Below are positions 10,450 to 20,683 of a stretch of DNA of 41,235 nucleotides, in pieces; within the stretch, counting starts at the first letter, position 1; every line of letters begins with the position of its first letter. Location of the stretch: contig VBPR01000221.1 of assembly GCA_005877345.1 (NCBI GenBank), positions 1 through 41,235 of the forward strand. Reading direction: 5' to 3'. A program made the translations under genes and the position numbers. Source of the stretch: Nitrososphaerota archaeon. GTDB taxonomy: Archaea > Thermoproteota > Nitrososphaeria > Nitrososphaerales > Nitrososphaeraceae. The notes beneath the pieces are model-generated. The model was given only the letters and a program-made list of their open reading frames with translations. It was not told the DNA's origin and ran no database searches.

Positions 10450-10929
10450 TTATTGTTGTTCTAGGAATAAGGTTAATCCTGAATTCATACCTAACCATAT
10501 TGTTCCTTCAGGATGTCCACCAGTCGGTTTAGGAAATACAAAGGTTCTTGTCGCACCAGATCCTGTACCGAATCCTGCTACTGCGTCTACCTTTACCTTT
10601 TCTACATTCCAATCGTTATCTTCATCGTTTTTTGGATCGAGTCTAATATATACTGGAAATATATTAGTTCCTGTTACAACACTGTCTTCTATCTCTGGTG
10701 ACTTTCCATTAGGGCCGGGATCTAATGGTAAATCATTGATATCTGAACTTTCTACATCTGAACCGATACCAATTGTAAAGGTATCTGTAACACCTCTTTT
10801 GAATTGGTCCCCCGGTTTATCTAACCTAAACTCCCTTCCTCCTATTCCTAAGTATACCAGACCATTCGTACCTGCATCAGATACATTTTTTGTAGTTACA
10901 TCAACAGCTATTTTGTCAACATGTGTCAT
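10450..10929 (-). CDS. PLAT/LH2-domain protein
   Basis: V-TT-x4-AGTNG-VYL-x-GG...FKRG-x-DTF...W-x-VEKV pattern of the PLAT beta-sandwich. Confidence 0.7.
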   Translation of the reverse strand: MTHVDKIAVDVTTKNVSDAGTNGLVYLGIGGREFRLDKPGDQFKRGVTDTFTIGIGSDVESSDINDLPLDPGPNGKSPEIEDSVVTGTNIFPVYIRLDPKNDEDNDWNVEKVKVDAVAGFGTGSGATRTFVFPKPTGGHPEGTIWLGMNSGLTLFLEQQ

Positions 10930-11065
10930 TACATTTTTATCATAATAATAGTTCTTAAGTATGATCTTCTAGTTATAATCATAACTATTACCAAGTTTAA
11001 GTCGTATTATTCTATATTAACGAAAAGAATTTTTCGGCGCCGAAATTTTCTACATATGATACCCG

Positions 11066-11947
11066 TCAAAGGTACGCCCGCAAAATTAAGGAATTCTTCT
11101 TATATTTCCTCTTTTCTTTTATCAACAAATCTATTTGCTGGTGGAGGACGTGCTTATGTTCCATCAGAATGTCATAAAATATCCATTTGCCATCAAGATT
11201 TTCAATTATTAGTGCCAATTTTCTTACAGATACTCTCAATGCGATTATTGCTTTGTCAAATGACCTATGTATTATCTCACTATCACTTTTACTTGCATTG
11301 TAATGAAAAACATCTTTATCTTTCTCGTTGATTCTCGCTTCCTTTATTATTTTGCGTACCATCCTTGAGGATAAACGTTTTTCTTGTATTAATCTTGTTA
11401 ATTTGGACTGAATGTGTTTATCATTAATTGGAAACAATTCTTCTCCTATAGTAGCTTTAACTTCAGAATTAGAAATTAGTTCCTTTATGTCTTTTGGTAA
11501 CTCGATTAATTTTATTCTTTTGCAAACATAGCTTTTACTCTTTGACAATTTTTTTGCAAGTTCTGAAACACTGCCCCAACCAAATTCATTTACATATTTT
11601 TTGAAAGCTAGACCTTCGTCAATTGGATTTAGAGTACGTCTTTGAACGTTTTCTATTACTGAAACCTCAAATGCTTTTTTATCATCTAATTCTACTATAT
11701 GACATGGAATTTTTCTTAGACCTAATTTCTTGCATGCACGAAACCTTCTATTCCCTGCAACAATTTCAAAGTTTTCTGAATTATTTGATCTAACTATTAT
11801 TGGTTGCAAGAGACCGATATTCCTTATGGACTCGGCAAGTTCTTCGAGATTATTCATATTGCTTCGAAGCTGATTTGTCGGCAAGGTAATATCTGAAATA
11901 TTAAGATCTTCTAAAGACCCCCACAAATCAGTTGAATATGAATACAT
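11066..11947 (-). CDS. ParB/Spo0J-family protein (ParBc + HTH)
   Basis: GLLQPIIVR, IVAGNRRFRAC, ENVQRRTLNPIDE, HTH ELAKKLSKSKSYV; no parA nearby. Confidence 0.9.
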   Translation of the reverse strand: MYSYSTDLWGSLEDLNISDITLPTNQLRSNMNNLEELAESIRNIGLLQPIIVRSNNSENFEIVAGNRRFRACKKLGLRKIPCHIVELDDKKAFEVSVIENVQRRTLNPIDEGLAFKKYVNEFGWGSVSELAKKLSKSKSYVCKRIKLIELPKDIKELISNSEVKATIGEELFPINDKHIQSKLTRLIQEKRLSSRMVRKIIKEARINEKDKDVFHYNASKSDSEIIHRSFDKAIIALRVSVRKLALIIENLDGKWIFYDILMEHKHVLHQQIDLLIKEKRKYKKNSLILRAYL

Positions 11948-12599
11948 GGTTTGACTAGCTTATTTGTCTTTAACAGAAATAAATCTGAGTAATCACCAAC
12001 TTGTAGTTTTCCTCACCGGGTTTTTATAACTTTTTAATCCATTGGTTTTAAAATCATAGTTATGTTATGTGGCTTACGAACCATAAATAGCACCATTACT
12101 CCTGTTCCGATATTTAATCATCTATGCAACAATAATTATAATTGTACATCAATAATTTACAACCTGTACTCATTCAGGATATTGTACCTCCTTTAAAGTA
12201 TCCAAAAGCTTGTATAAAAAACAGGACAGAATAGATAGCAGATTTGTAATTGTTGCTGTCTATTTCTATCGCTATATCAATGCAAGTTAACCCTTCTTTG
12301 TTCTGAATCCATACTGTAAAGAGCAAGATCTTTGTTGATGATCGCTTGTTATCACGTATTAATAGTGCTATTTTAGATTGATTATGTTGATTGGTAAGCG
12401 ACAATAGGCCTTCTGGTATTTAACCGTAGTATCAGACTATGTAATAGTTCTGGATTATAAAGCATGCGGTTACTGTTTCAAGGAATTCTAATTTTTTACT
12501 CTAAAACTTCCTCATTTACTGGATTATAACTTTTTATACTAAATTATCGGATTACAGTTCAATGTCCTGTTGTAAATTGTGTGAAGAGTTGATTGAGTA

Positions 12600-14666
12600 A
12601 TGGCTGACAGTATGACTCAAATCCTTAACGCTGGACCTCCAGGTACAAAGCGCAATATTGCGGTACTTGGGGATGGTTTTGGAAATGCTGATCAAACAAC
12701 CTACAACAACAAAGTTAATGAACTTCTTTTGAATGGTGTATTCGGACATGATTACTTCTATGAAGATATGCAGGGCTTTAATATTTATAGAGTTAATCTG
12801 ATTTCGAACCAGTCTGGTGTGAGTCAACGTGTATATGACGAGCATGGTACTCCAAATGACGCTTCCGATGATACCATTGTGAGTACCACACTAAAGAATA
12901 CCGCTCTTGGTATTATTTATAGTGGTTCATGGGCTCACTGTTGGCTAGAATACGGAGCCAATACTGAAACTCGTATCCAAAATGCATTAAACAATTGGGT
13001 GCCAGACTTTAACTACGTTCTCATTATCCTTAATGAACCAGGATTTGGGGGGTGCGGTGGAAATGGACGCCAACATGTCACTATGGGATCGAGTTGGGAT
13101 GTTATGGCACATGAGTTCGGTCATGGTATAGGTGATCTTGCAGATGAATACTGTACAACAAGAACTTATAGTGGCGGCGAACCTTCAAGGCCTAATGTTA
13201 CTGTAAACACTAATCGTTCTACTATAAAATGGAATAAGTTCATTAATAATACAACTCCAGTGCATACCGGTATCGGAAGCTGTGCCGGATATAACCAGGG
13301 TACGAAACCTCCAGGTTGGAGCGATAGTCAAGATGTCGGCCTCTTTGAAGGAGGGTTTACTTATGATAGGGGGGTATACCGTCCTGTTATAAACTGCCGT
13401 ATGCGTGGAAATTTGCCACCATACTGTTCTATATGCTATACTCAGATGAAGACCAAGATCCATCCATATACTGGACACTCATTTGTAAAGTGTTATAGTG
13501 GCGACTTCAATGGTGATGGTAAGGACGACCTGTTAATCCACAGTGGTAACTCCATCACCATTTACAGGTCAGATGGATCTAAACTTGATTTGACCTTTAG
13601 TGTGGTAGAAAGAGTGCCAGGTTCATGGCAATTCAAGCCAAATGACCAATTCTATATAGGAGACTTCAATGGGGATGGCAAAGACGAAGTAGTAGTCTAC
13701 AACAGTGTCGACTGGGTTATGGAGTACTTGGGTCTGTTAGTGGATGATGGCAATAATGGTTTAAAGTTAGTCGCTCGCTATGACGACACTATTCCCGGCT
13801 GGCAGTTCCAGAAGAAGGACAAGTTTTATGTTGCAGACTTTAGCGGTGATGGTAAAAAAGATCTCTTTGTTTTCAATGGAAGTGACTGGAGTATGCCCTA
13901 TGTTGGTATGTTGCGTTCAATTGGATCCAGTTTTTCTGTTGTACAACGTTATGACGCGAACATGCCTAGTTGGCAAATGAAACCTCAGGATCGCCATTAT
14001 GTTGGCGATTTTAATGGTGATGGTAAGGATGATCTGTGGGTCTTTAATGGGACCAATTGGTCATATCCTTATTTAGGAATGTTAAGGTCTAATGGTACTA
14101 CTCTTTCAATGACAAAGCGCTATGACGCAAACATGCCTAGTTGGCAAATGAAACCTCAGGATCGCCATTATGTTGGCGATTTTAATGGTGATGGTAAGGA
14201 TGATCTCTTTGTTTTCAACGGAAGTCAATGGAGTATTATTTATCTAGGTATGCTCGGATCTTCCGGCAACAGTCTTTCCATGACCAAACGATATGATGGT
14301 AATACACCAGGATGGCAGATGCGTAAAAACGATCGTCATTATGTTTCAGACGTTAACGGTGATGGAAAATCCGATCTGTTTGTGTATAACTATCAGGATT
14401 GGTCATACGAGTACCTTGGGACTATGGTTTCAAACGGGACCTCTTTAAGTTCAAGTTGGAGGGAGGATTGGGTTGGAGAATGGAATCTAGGACCTCCTGA
14501 TATTTTTGAACCATGTAACTACGAAGGAGTAACAGGTAAAAGAGACCTGATCGTTCACAACCAGAACTGGTTGGGTATGATTCGCAATGTCCCGGGATCA
14601 GGGCTGTTATTACAAAAAATTTATTACAAATGGATTCACAATTATCGTTATGGCAGAAACTGGTGA
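12600..14666 (+). CDS. M64 (IgA peptidase-like) metallopeptidase fused to FG-GAP/VCBS repeats
   Basis: NIAVLGDGF, HEFGH-x3-DLADEY, G-FEGG...YRP-x-NC-MR...YC-IC; six GDFNGDGKDD-type repeats. Confidence 0.88.
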   Translation: MADSMTQILNAGPPGTKRNIAVLGDGFGNADQTTYNNKVNELLLNGVFGHDYFYEDMQGFNIYRVNLISNQSGVSQRVYDEHGTPNDASDDTIVSTTLKNTALGIIYSGSWAHCWLEYGANTETRIQNALNNWVPDFNYVLIILNEPGFGGCGGNGRQHVTMGSSWDVMAHEFGHGIGDLADEYCTTRTYSGGEPSRPNVTVNTNRSTIKWNKFINNTTPVHTGIGSCAGYNQGTKPPGWSDSQDVGLFEGGFTYDRGVYRPVINCRMRGNLPPYCSICYTQMKTKIHPYTGHSFVKCYSGDFNGDGKDDLLIHSGNSITIYRSDGSKLDLTFSVVERVPGSWQFKPNDQFYIGDFNGDGKDEVVVYNSVDWVMEYLGLLVDDGNNGLKLVARYDDTIPGWQFQKKDKFYVADFSGDGKKDLFVFNGSDWSMPYVGMLRSIGSSFSVVQRYDANMPSWQMKPQDRHYVGDFNGDGKDDLWVFNGTNWSYPYLGMLRSNGTTLSMTKRYDANMPSWQMKPQDRHYVGDFNGDGKDDLFVFNGSQWSIIYLGMLGSSGNSLSMTKRYDGNTPGWQMRKNDRHYVSDVNGDGKSDLFVYNYQDWSYEYLGTMVSNGTSLSSSWREDWVGEWNLGPPDIFEPCNYEGVTGKRDLIVHNQNWLGMIRNVPGSGLLLQKIYYKWIHNYRYGRNW
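13950..14206 (+). repeat. near-identical intragenic direct repeat (86 bp, period 171)
   Basis: 13950-14035 vs 14121-14206 differ at one synonymous base. Confidence 0.9.
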
Positions 14667-14672
14667 TTAGAT

Positions 14673-15449
14673 ATGGTTAAATCAGTACGAACAAAGAATC
14701 CGCCTTTAAGGCAAGGTAGTGATGAATCACCAGTTATTGAGAATCCATCTCTTGAAAAGATGGACAAAGCTTTAGATCGCCCAAACCGTATTAGAGGAAA
14801 AATACTCCGCATGCCACTCGATCCGCCTCCTCCTTCACGTGGACGGGGCAAGAAGGTGATGAATCCTATTCCGATTAAAACACAAGAAGAGTTAGATACG
14901 ACTGAAGGAACCAGTGTCGAATATCCTCAACAAGAGGAATTTAAGGGAACACGAAAAAAGCCTTCAAGGCAAAAGGATGAAAGCTATCTTCGCTTACGTC
15001 TACTTATACAGGATGGGAATATGTCAGTGGTCGAAGCGCACAAGGTAAATGGACCCCTTACAATGGAGAACAAAATTGAAAGCAGTCTAGTTTATGAAGC
15101 AGTTATACCTTCGAAACGGATTGCAATGGGATCGATAACAGACGTTGGCTTTAACCGGTCTTTTCCAAATCCAGAAGGAGTCCCAGGGCAGGAGGGCCAT
15201 TTATTTATCGAGGTACCAAGTTATGAATTCTATGCACGTCTCCCAGTCAAAGATTTGTCAGCCTCTATTCTTCCAAAGCTAGAAATTGCAGTGTACAAGG
15301 TCAAGAGTCCGATAGAGAATACAATGGGTGAAAAATCGCTCGCCGCAGACTTTGGAAACGAATTACGAGAAGTGGCTCGATTAAAAGGAATAAGCATTAA
15401 GACTCTCTCACAACGATCACAGAAAGAAATTCGTGATGTTATTAGATAA
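14673..15449 (+). CDS. hypothetical protein, likely co-transcribed with the M64/FG-GAP gene
   Basis: 258 aa, starts 6 nt after upstream stop; disordered N-terminus, globular C-terminus. Confidence 0.75.
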   Translation: MVKSVRTKNPPLRQGSDESPVIENPSLEKMDKALDRPNRIRGKILRMPLDPPPPSRGRGKKVMNPIPIKTQEELDTTEGTSVEYPQQEEFKGTRKKPSRQKDESYLRLRLLIQDGNMSVVEAHKVNGPLTMENKIESSLVYEAVIPSKRIAMGSITDVGFNRSFPNPEGVPGQEGHLFIEVPSYEFYARLPVKDLSASILPKLEIAVYKVKSPIENTMGEKSLAADFGNELREVARLKGISIKTLSQRSQKEIRDVIR

Positions 15450-15907
15450 GCATTCCAAGCCAGAAAATTTACTTGATGGTCAATGTCAACCTCAAAGACT
15501 CCAACTAAGTTACCAAGGAATTTCAGTTCTCCATTTGACATTGTGTTAAAGAATAGTGATCCTCGCCAGCTTATAGCTCCTGAAGTCTTAATTATTCCAC
15601 CATTTGACATTGTGTTAAAGAATAGTGATCCTCGCCAGCTTATAGCTCCTGAAGTCTTAATTATTCCAATTCCTTTACCTTCATATGTTGCGAATTCACC
15701 CCCAGCAGTCCTAATTATTCCCTTGCCTTCCCCATGAAATACTGTTCCAGATATGGGACTGCCAATAAAAGTTAATGTTTCACTAACTTCGACTCCTTTA
15801 TACATGCCTTTGGCTTCCACGGTTGTTTCTAACGTAGGTCCCCTAACATCTATAACCCTCTGTCCCTGAACCTTTCCCTTCAATTCTGAAATTTGATCCC
15901 CTAACAT
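15450..15907 (-). pseudogene. conserved hypothetical beta-rich protein, disrupted
   Basis: MLGDQISELKGKVQGQRVIDV...; perfect 69-bp in-frame duplication and loss of the normal stop (frame runs 220 nt into the convergent gene). Confidence 0.6.
15531..15668. repeat. perfect 69-bp tandem duplication
   Basis: 15531-15599 = 15600-15668, CCA microhomology at the junction. Confidence 0.95.
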
Positions 15908-16029
15908 GCTTTGTCAAGAAGTCATACTCATTTATCAAACTTAAAGCTGACTACTGATTTGTAAGCCTTACTTAAGTTTTGGAAAGAGCGGACTCAAATT
16001 GTTTACAGAATGAATTCAGGTCTTTGAAA

Positions 16030-16316
16030 CCGTCGGTACCCGTCAAGTTATCGGTTCCAAATCAAGATTCTACTATAGGAACGAAATGCTAAGCTTTAAG
16101 GTTTTCTTTTTCCATTACTTAAGATTAACGACAAAGCAATAGTTTGGAGTCATCACATTTATCAAAACGGGCCCGTCGGTACCCGCGACGCTATCGGTTC
16201 TAAAATAGGATTCTAATACAGTTATGAACGACTTAGCTTTAAAGTTTTCCTTCATAGGTTCGTCCGTGGGGATTAGAACCGTGCATGTAATAGGGTTCTT
16301 CTACTTGGTATTTAGC
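16030..16316 (+). repeat. dispersed repeat, A-A-E cluster
   Basis: CGTCGGTACCCG.....TATCGGTTC.AAA...GATTCT-N20-AGCTTTAA.GTTTTC at 16031 and 16174; E module 16256-16316 matches 23744-23802. Confidence 0.92.
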
Positions 16317-16351
16317 CTGTTGTTAGTCTCTCATGAGTTGCAGCTGAAATT

Positions 16352-17965
16352 TTAAGTTCTATCGTACATATAGTTTATATCTTTTATCTTCGATGCCCCT
16401 GGTAGAATTAATCTTTGTTCCACTAAACAAAGTGATATGCGGGTTTCGTAGTTGATAAATTCGACTAATTTTACTAGGTCTTTATTAATAAAAATCTCTT
16501 TATAGAACGTACGTGGCTTTTTGTTCCTTCTATCATAGTTATTAGCGACATACTTTACTAATCTGCTGAAATCAATACCATCCAATATTTTCAAAAATTC
16601 AGCCTGGTTCGCAATATTTCTTGTTAGAATTGTTCTGACTTCGTTTGAGATACTATTGTAGTAACTGTCATTCTTCAGGAGATAAAAAGGATTCTGAATG
16701 AGGATATTGTTCTGTTCTAAATATTTGATGACATGTGTTAGGTATAGTTTATCTTCCTTCATCTCTATTGCAAGGGGACTGAGAGACGATGGTTCGTTTA
16801 ATGAGGAATACTTATAGGGACTTGTTAGGATGTCTTTAATAGCATTAAAATTATTTTGTGCGTTTTCATTGTCATTTTGTCTCATATAGAAAATATATTT
16901 GGGAGATAATTCAATGCCATTTTCTGCCGAAACTCGTTTAAGCATTCCGCGAATCAATTTCGGAGTATTATTCTCATATGTTGTAACAGCAACCTTTAGC
17001 GCATATCCTTGCCCTAGGCGACGGTTAATTAGTATCGCTTGTTCCTTAGTAACTAGCTCCAGGACCTGCTGTGGTGGCAACTCCGTATATCCCTGTCTTA
17101 AAAGATTTAGTCTGTGCGTGCGAGTTTCTTTGTTTTCTCTATAAACCTGTAATAATTTGTCCACCACATATCTTTTTATGAGGCCTGAAACAAATCCAAT
17201 GACTAGCGCACTTCCCAATAGGATTATTACACTACTTACGTTATCCGAAAGTATTTCAAGAGACGATATAGACGATGAAGGGATTAAATAATAGAGAACG
17301 TACCATATAACGAAACCTATAGAAGTGGTTGACAGAACCCACTCAACATAATTTCCCTTTACCGTGCGGTGTCCTACAACGTTAAAGACGAAGTACGTTA
17401 TGGCACCAGCAATTACTAGAAACAAGATTGAAAATGGTATGTTACCGGTTAAAGGTAAAGAATCAAATTTCATTGTACTGATGGTTGTGGAAATGACTTG
17501 ATCGGGTAATGAACTCGACATCAAAACAGCTATATTATACTCACCACCTAAGGTATCAGGTGGGACCGTAACCTTTCGACTTATAACTTCCGTCGTATTT
17601 GGCTCTATGACTAACCTATCCGAATTACCAACTATAGTACCATTGAACGAATTAATTTCTTGTCGTTCTTGTGTGGTTCGTGTAATTACCCATGGGGGTA
17701 TCAAATTTATTGAATCTATCTTTTGCTCAGTCGGACCTGAATTCCTTAAAAAAATATAGATGTCGAATTTTTGTCCGACATTTACAGCATCTGGATTTGT
17801 GGTAAAATTGAGGCTTAATTTTGACACGAGAACATCTTTGGTAGTAGATGTGTTACTAAGGTTGTCGTTCCCTTCCTCCGACGGGCTCTGTGCGAACAAG
17901 GATTCATAATGTGAAAAAATTAGAATAAAAAGGAAAGCTATTATCAAAAATCCTGTTTTTGACAA
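16352..17965 (-). CDS. hypothetical membrane protein: signal peptide, Ig-like extracellular domain, ~3 TM, cytoplasmic domain
   Basis: Hydrophobic N-terminus; 'LRNSG...VTVPPDTLGGEYNI' Ig/CARDB-like segment; three hydrophobic helices. Confidence 0.75.
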   Translation of the reverse strand: MSKTGFLIIAFLFILIFSHYESLFAQSPSEEGNDNLSNTSTTKDVLVSKLSLNFTTNPDAVNVGQKFDIYIFLRNSGPTEQKIDSINLIPPWVITRTTQERQEINSFNGTIVGNSDRLVIEPNTTEVISRKVTVPPDTLGGEYNIAVLMSSSLPDQVISTTISTMKFDSLPLTGNIPFSILFLVIAGAITYFVFNVVGHRTVKGNYVEWVLSTTSIGFVIWYVLYYLIPSSSISSLEILSDNVSSVIILLGSALVIGFVSGLIKRYVVDKLLQVYRENKETRTHRLNLLRQGYTELPPQQVLELVTKEQAILINRRLGQGYALKVAVTTYENNTPKLIRGMLKRVSAENGIELSPKYIFYMRQNDNENAQNNFNAIKDILTSPYKYSSLNEPSSLSPLAIEMKEDKLYLTHVIKYLEQNNILIQNPFYLLKNDSYYNSISNEVRTILTRNIANQAEFLKILDGIDFSRLVKYVANNYDRRNKKPRTFYKEIFINKDLVKLVEFINYETRISLCLVEQRLILPGASKIKDINYMYDRT

Positions 17966-18089
17966 TATTGTTACTTAAGTATTGGGAATTTAAGCATTTT
18001 CTCATTTATTGCTTCCAATCCTATACTCAGTTCTTAATAGAAAGGCCCTAGCATTGGTGGTGGTAATAGTAGACAAAATCCAATTAACT

Positions 18090-18130
18090 CGTCGGTACCC
18101 GCGACACTTTCGGTTCTAAATTAGGATTCT
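18090..18130 (+). repeat. dispersed repeat, module A (no promoter tail)
   Basis: CGTCGGTACCCGCGACACTTTCGGTTCTAAATTAGGATTCT. Confidence 0.9.
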
Positions 18131-18197
18131 GATCATTTGACAGAATTTGTGATAATGACCTAAAACATAACTGTCGCGTCACATGGACGTTAAGTTG

Positions 18198-18791
18198 TCA
18201 GGCTTTCCTTGTCTCATAGTGAAGTAATACTTCCCCACTGTCAAACGCTATTGATTTAACCAAATTGAATTCTTGAATCTCATTCAAGTCTTTAAATATA
18301 GTCATGCCGTTTCCAATTGCAACAGGATTAATGAATAAAAGAAATTCATCAATTAGTCCCAATTTAATTAAGGATGAATCAAATGAAGCACCACCATAAG
18401 CAACCATGTCTTTCCCTTCTTGGCGCTTTAACTTCATGATTTCGTGTGTAATATCACCTGTTGCTATGTCAGTGTTTATCCACTTTGATTTCTTCAATGT
18501 TTTGGTGAAAACAACTTTTGGGATTTCTATCATTTTTTTGCCAAGCGCATACCAAGGGTCATTAGGTTTGTTTATCACGTCCGACCAGTAAGAAATAAAG
18601 CCGTCAGCCATTTTTCGTCCCAAGAGAATGGTACCAAAGGATTCCGTTAGTTCGTTTACGTATTTGTTGATTTTGTCATCCTGCAACCCAACCATCCAGT
18701 CCATTTCACCATTAGGGCCTGCAATGCAGCCGTCTACGGACATTTGCACCTGTAGTTTTAATTTTCTTAACCCACTTTTGTTACTTACCAT
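18198..18791 (-). CDS. dihydrofolate reductase-like / RibD C-terminal domain protein
   Basis: MSVDGCIAGPNGEMDW, LLGRKM, KVVFTKTL, YGGA, LIDEF-x-L-x-INPVAIGNG. Confidence 0.9.
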   Translation of the reverse strand: MVSNKSGLRKLKLQVQMSVDGCIAGPNGEMDWMVGLQDDKINKYVNELTESFGTILLGRKMADGFISYWSDVINKPNDPWYALGKKMIEIPKVVFTKTLKKSKWINTDIATGDITHEIMKLKRQEGKDMVAYGGASFDSSLIKLGLIDEFLLFINPVAIGNGMTIFKDLNEIQEFNLVKSIAFDSGEVLLHYETRKA

Positions 18792-18971
18792 CTCTTAGGT
18801 CAACTGAGTCCGGCTTATTAACCAACCCTCAATCCAGTAAGTTGAAAAGTCTCTACAGTATTGTTTGCCAACGTGACTGCGAGAAAGCACACCCCCCGTT
18901 AACCAAGTATTCACCAGAAGAACGGAAGCGACCGATGTACTATAGGTCTGGAAACAGCACAGCACCATTAT

Positions 18972-19008
18972 GCCCCTCCGGAATACGACTGAATATTCAA
19001 CCGGAACA
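18972..19008 (+). repeat. dispersed repeat, module B
   Basis: CCTCCGGAATACGACTGAATATTCAACCGGAAC. Confidence 0.8.
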
Positions 19009-19129
19009 GTAATTTTGGGTATCCCTAATGTCATTCTGTTTAGATATTCTAATCGTTGTCAGCAGAATACTGGTATCCAAATTGTTTAAGTGACACAGTG
19101 ACGTAAATATATCTATCAGAGCATAGACC

Positions 19130-19450
19130 ATGTCTGATCCTTCTCGAGTTAACAGATCTTACATCCTCCACTTATTAATGTGGCTTGGTATATAGTTAGG
19201 AATAAGTATTGGCCTCTCATTATTGCTGCCATTTCCTATGTCATTTATTGCCTTTTTAGGATTTTTCATAATGATCCAGTTTGTTAGGCAATATCTTAGA
19301 TCAGGTATTAATCGATATGGTGGATTTTTTGGTCAGCCATCTTCTGTGCTTGGATTCAAGCCTCTGAAGTATTATTGCATGAGCTGCGGTCAACAACATA
19401 ACCAGAAGGCATGTCCCAAGTGTGGGTCAAAGATGAAAAGGGTGGGATAA
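19130..19450 (+). pseudogene. small membrane protein with C-terminal Zn ribbon, internal amber stop
   Basis: ATG 19130 is in frame with track ORF 19223; single TAG at 19193 interrupts a TM helix (WLGI*LGISIG); CMSC...CPKCGS. Confidence 0.6.
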
Positions 19451-19559
19451 CTAAACTCCTAGATAGAAGGCCGAAAGAAATAAACAGACCATGATTTTTA
19501 AACCAATCAGAAGGTATCTAATTTAGTAACAATGTACGGATATATATAGTTGGGGAATG

Positions 19560-19676
19560 GAGGCTATGACTAATTATTCAATCAGAACTCTGAGAAATTC
19601 AAAAAGTAGAATTTAATTAGGTGTAAATAAGAGTAAAGATATTTTATGAGCCGTGACGCTATCGGTTCTAAAATGG
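19560..19676 (+). repeat. dispersed repeat, degenerate B-linker plus core-deleted A
   Basis: TATGACTAATTATTCAATCAGAAC...TAGAATTTAATTAG..TAAATAAGAG..ATTTTATGAGCCGTGACGCTATCGGTTCTAAAATGG; abuts the hydrolase stop codon. Confidence 0.8.
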
Positions 19677-20450
19677 TTAGTTTAGAAATTCTTCAATTAT
19701 TGAAACAGTGAAGTCAGGGATTTTGCTGCATTCCATTCCCGTAGTCAGTTCACCGATATATGCCCCATGTATTCCAGGAAGTATTGAAAGTCTTGCATGT
19801 GGTAACAGTCGAAACATTTCAACTGCATGTTCAGGACGAACCATATCTTCATCGCCAATTATGATGAGTGCAGGTGCATTAATAGAATGAATATCTTCTG
19901 CTTTCCAATCCTTAAACTCAACCATTCTTTTTTTATCCCTCTCATACATTTTAGACAAGTCATTGGAATCAGGCGCTACTTTTTTGTAAGCATCTTTCAA
20001 TAGTTGTGGCATGTCTTTTAATCTTGAATGATTCAAAGATTCCCAAAAATGAGGATACATTCCATCTCTTTTAAAGAACGCTGAACCCAAAATTATTTTT
20101 CGCACTAAATTTGGATACCGAATTGCAATTTGCATTGTTGTGTTTCCACCGTTGCTGAAACCAAAAAAGTCGGCATTTTCAATTTTCAAATATTTGAGAA
20201 GCGCGGCAACGTCGTCCGCATCTTGTTCAAAAGTTTCTGGTCTGTTTATATCAGGGGTATGACCATGTCCCTGCAATTCAACTGCAATAACTTGTCTTTC
20301 TTTTGCAAAGGAATGGAGCACACGTCCAAATGAGGTTTGGATTGTAGAGCCTCCGCCATGAATTAAAACCAGTGGTGCTCCTTTGCCATGGATTTCATAA
20401 TACATCTTGAGTCCGTTGACCGAAGCATATCCGCTGCTACTGTCTTGCAT
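19677..20450 (-). CDS. alpha/beta fold hydrolase
   Basis: LIHGG, ELQGHG, GFSNGG nucleophile elbow, GDED, PGIHG. Confidence 0.92.
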   Translation of the reverse strand: MQDSSSGYASVNGLKMYYEIHGKGAPLVLIHGGGSTIQTSFGRVLHSFAKERQVIAVELQGHGHTPDINRPETFEQDADDVAALLKYLKIENADFFGFSNGGNTTMQIAIRYPNLVRKIILGSAFFKRDGMYPHFWESLNHSRLKDMPQLLKDAYKKVAPDSNDLSKMYERDKKRMVEFKDWKAEDIHSINAPALIIIGDEDMVRPEHAVEMFRLLPHARLSILPGIHGAYIGELTTGMECSKIPDFTVSIIEEFLN

Positions 20451-20503
20451 TACTTCTGATTACGGTTGATACTATATTCATTTTTATCTCTTGCAAATTG
20501 TTA

Positions 20504-20630
20504 CGGGATTCGGTGGGAACCAGGTGAAATTTCTAAAACTAGAATTACATTCGAAGGAAATAAGTGGGAACATTATTTTTTGAGCCCGTCGGGAATCGCA
20601 TCGTTAACGTTTTGGATCCAAAATTAAGAC
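20504..20630 (+). repeat. dispersed repeat, D-linker-C
   Basis: GGGATTCGGTGGGAAC...TTTCTAAAACTAGAAT...GAGCCCGTCGGGAATCGCATCGTTAACGTTTTGGATCCAAAA. Confidence 0.88.
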
Positions 20631-20683
20631 TTAATTGCAAATTTTTCTGATTCATACCACTTAGACTCGGATATCAGTTCTAT

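Noticed and set aside
12174-12404. 76-aa ORF between parB and the M64 gene
   Set aside because: TTG start, no motif or supporting context; may be a relic but unsupported.
15230-15449. C-terminal 73 aa of the 225-aa minus-strand ORF
   Set aside because: Antisense overlap with the 258-aa gene; likely read-through after loss of the native stop.
19193-19195. Pyrrolysine or amber read-through
   Set aside because: Single TAG in a TM helix within a pseudogene-rich region; TAG is used as a normal stop elsewhere and no pyl genes are seen.
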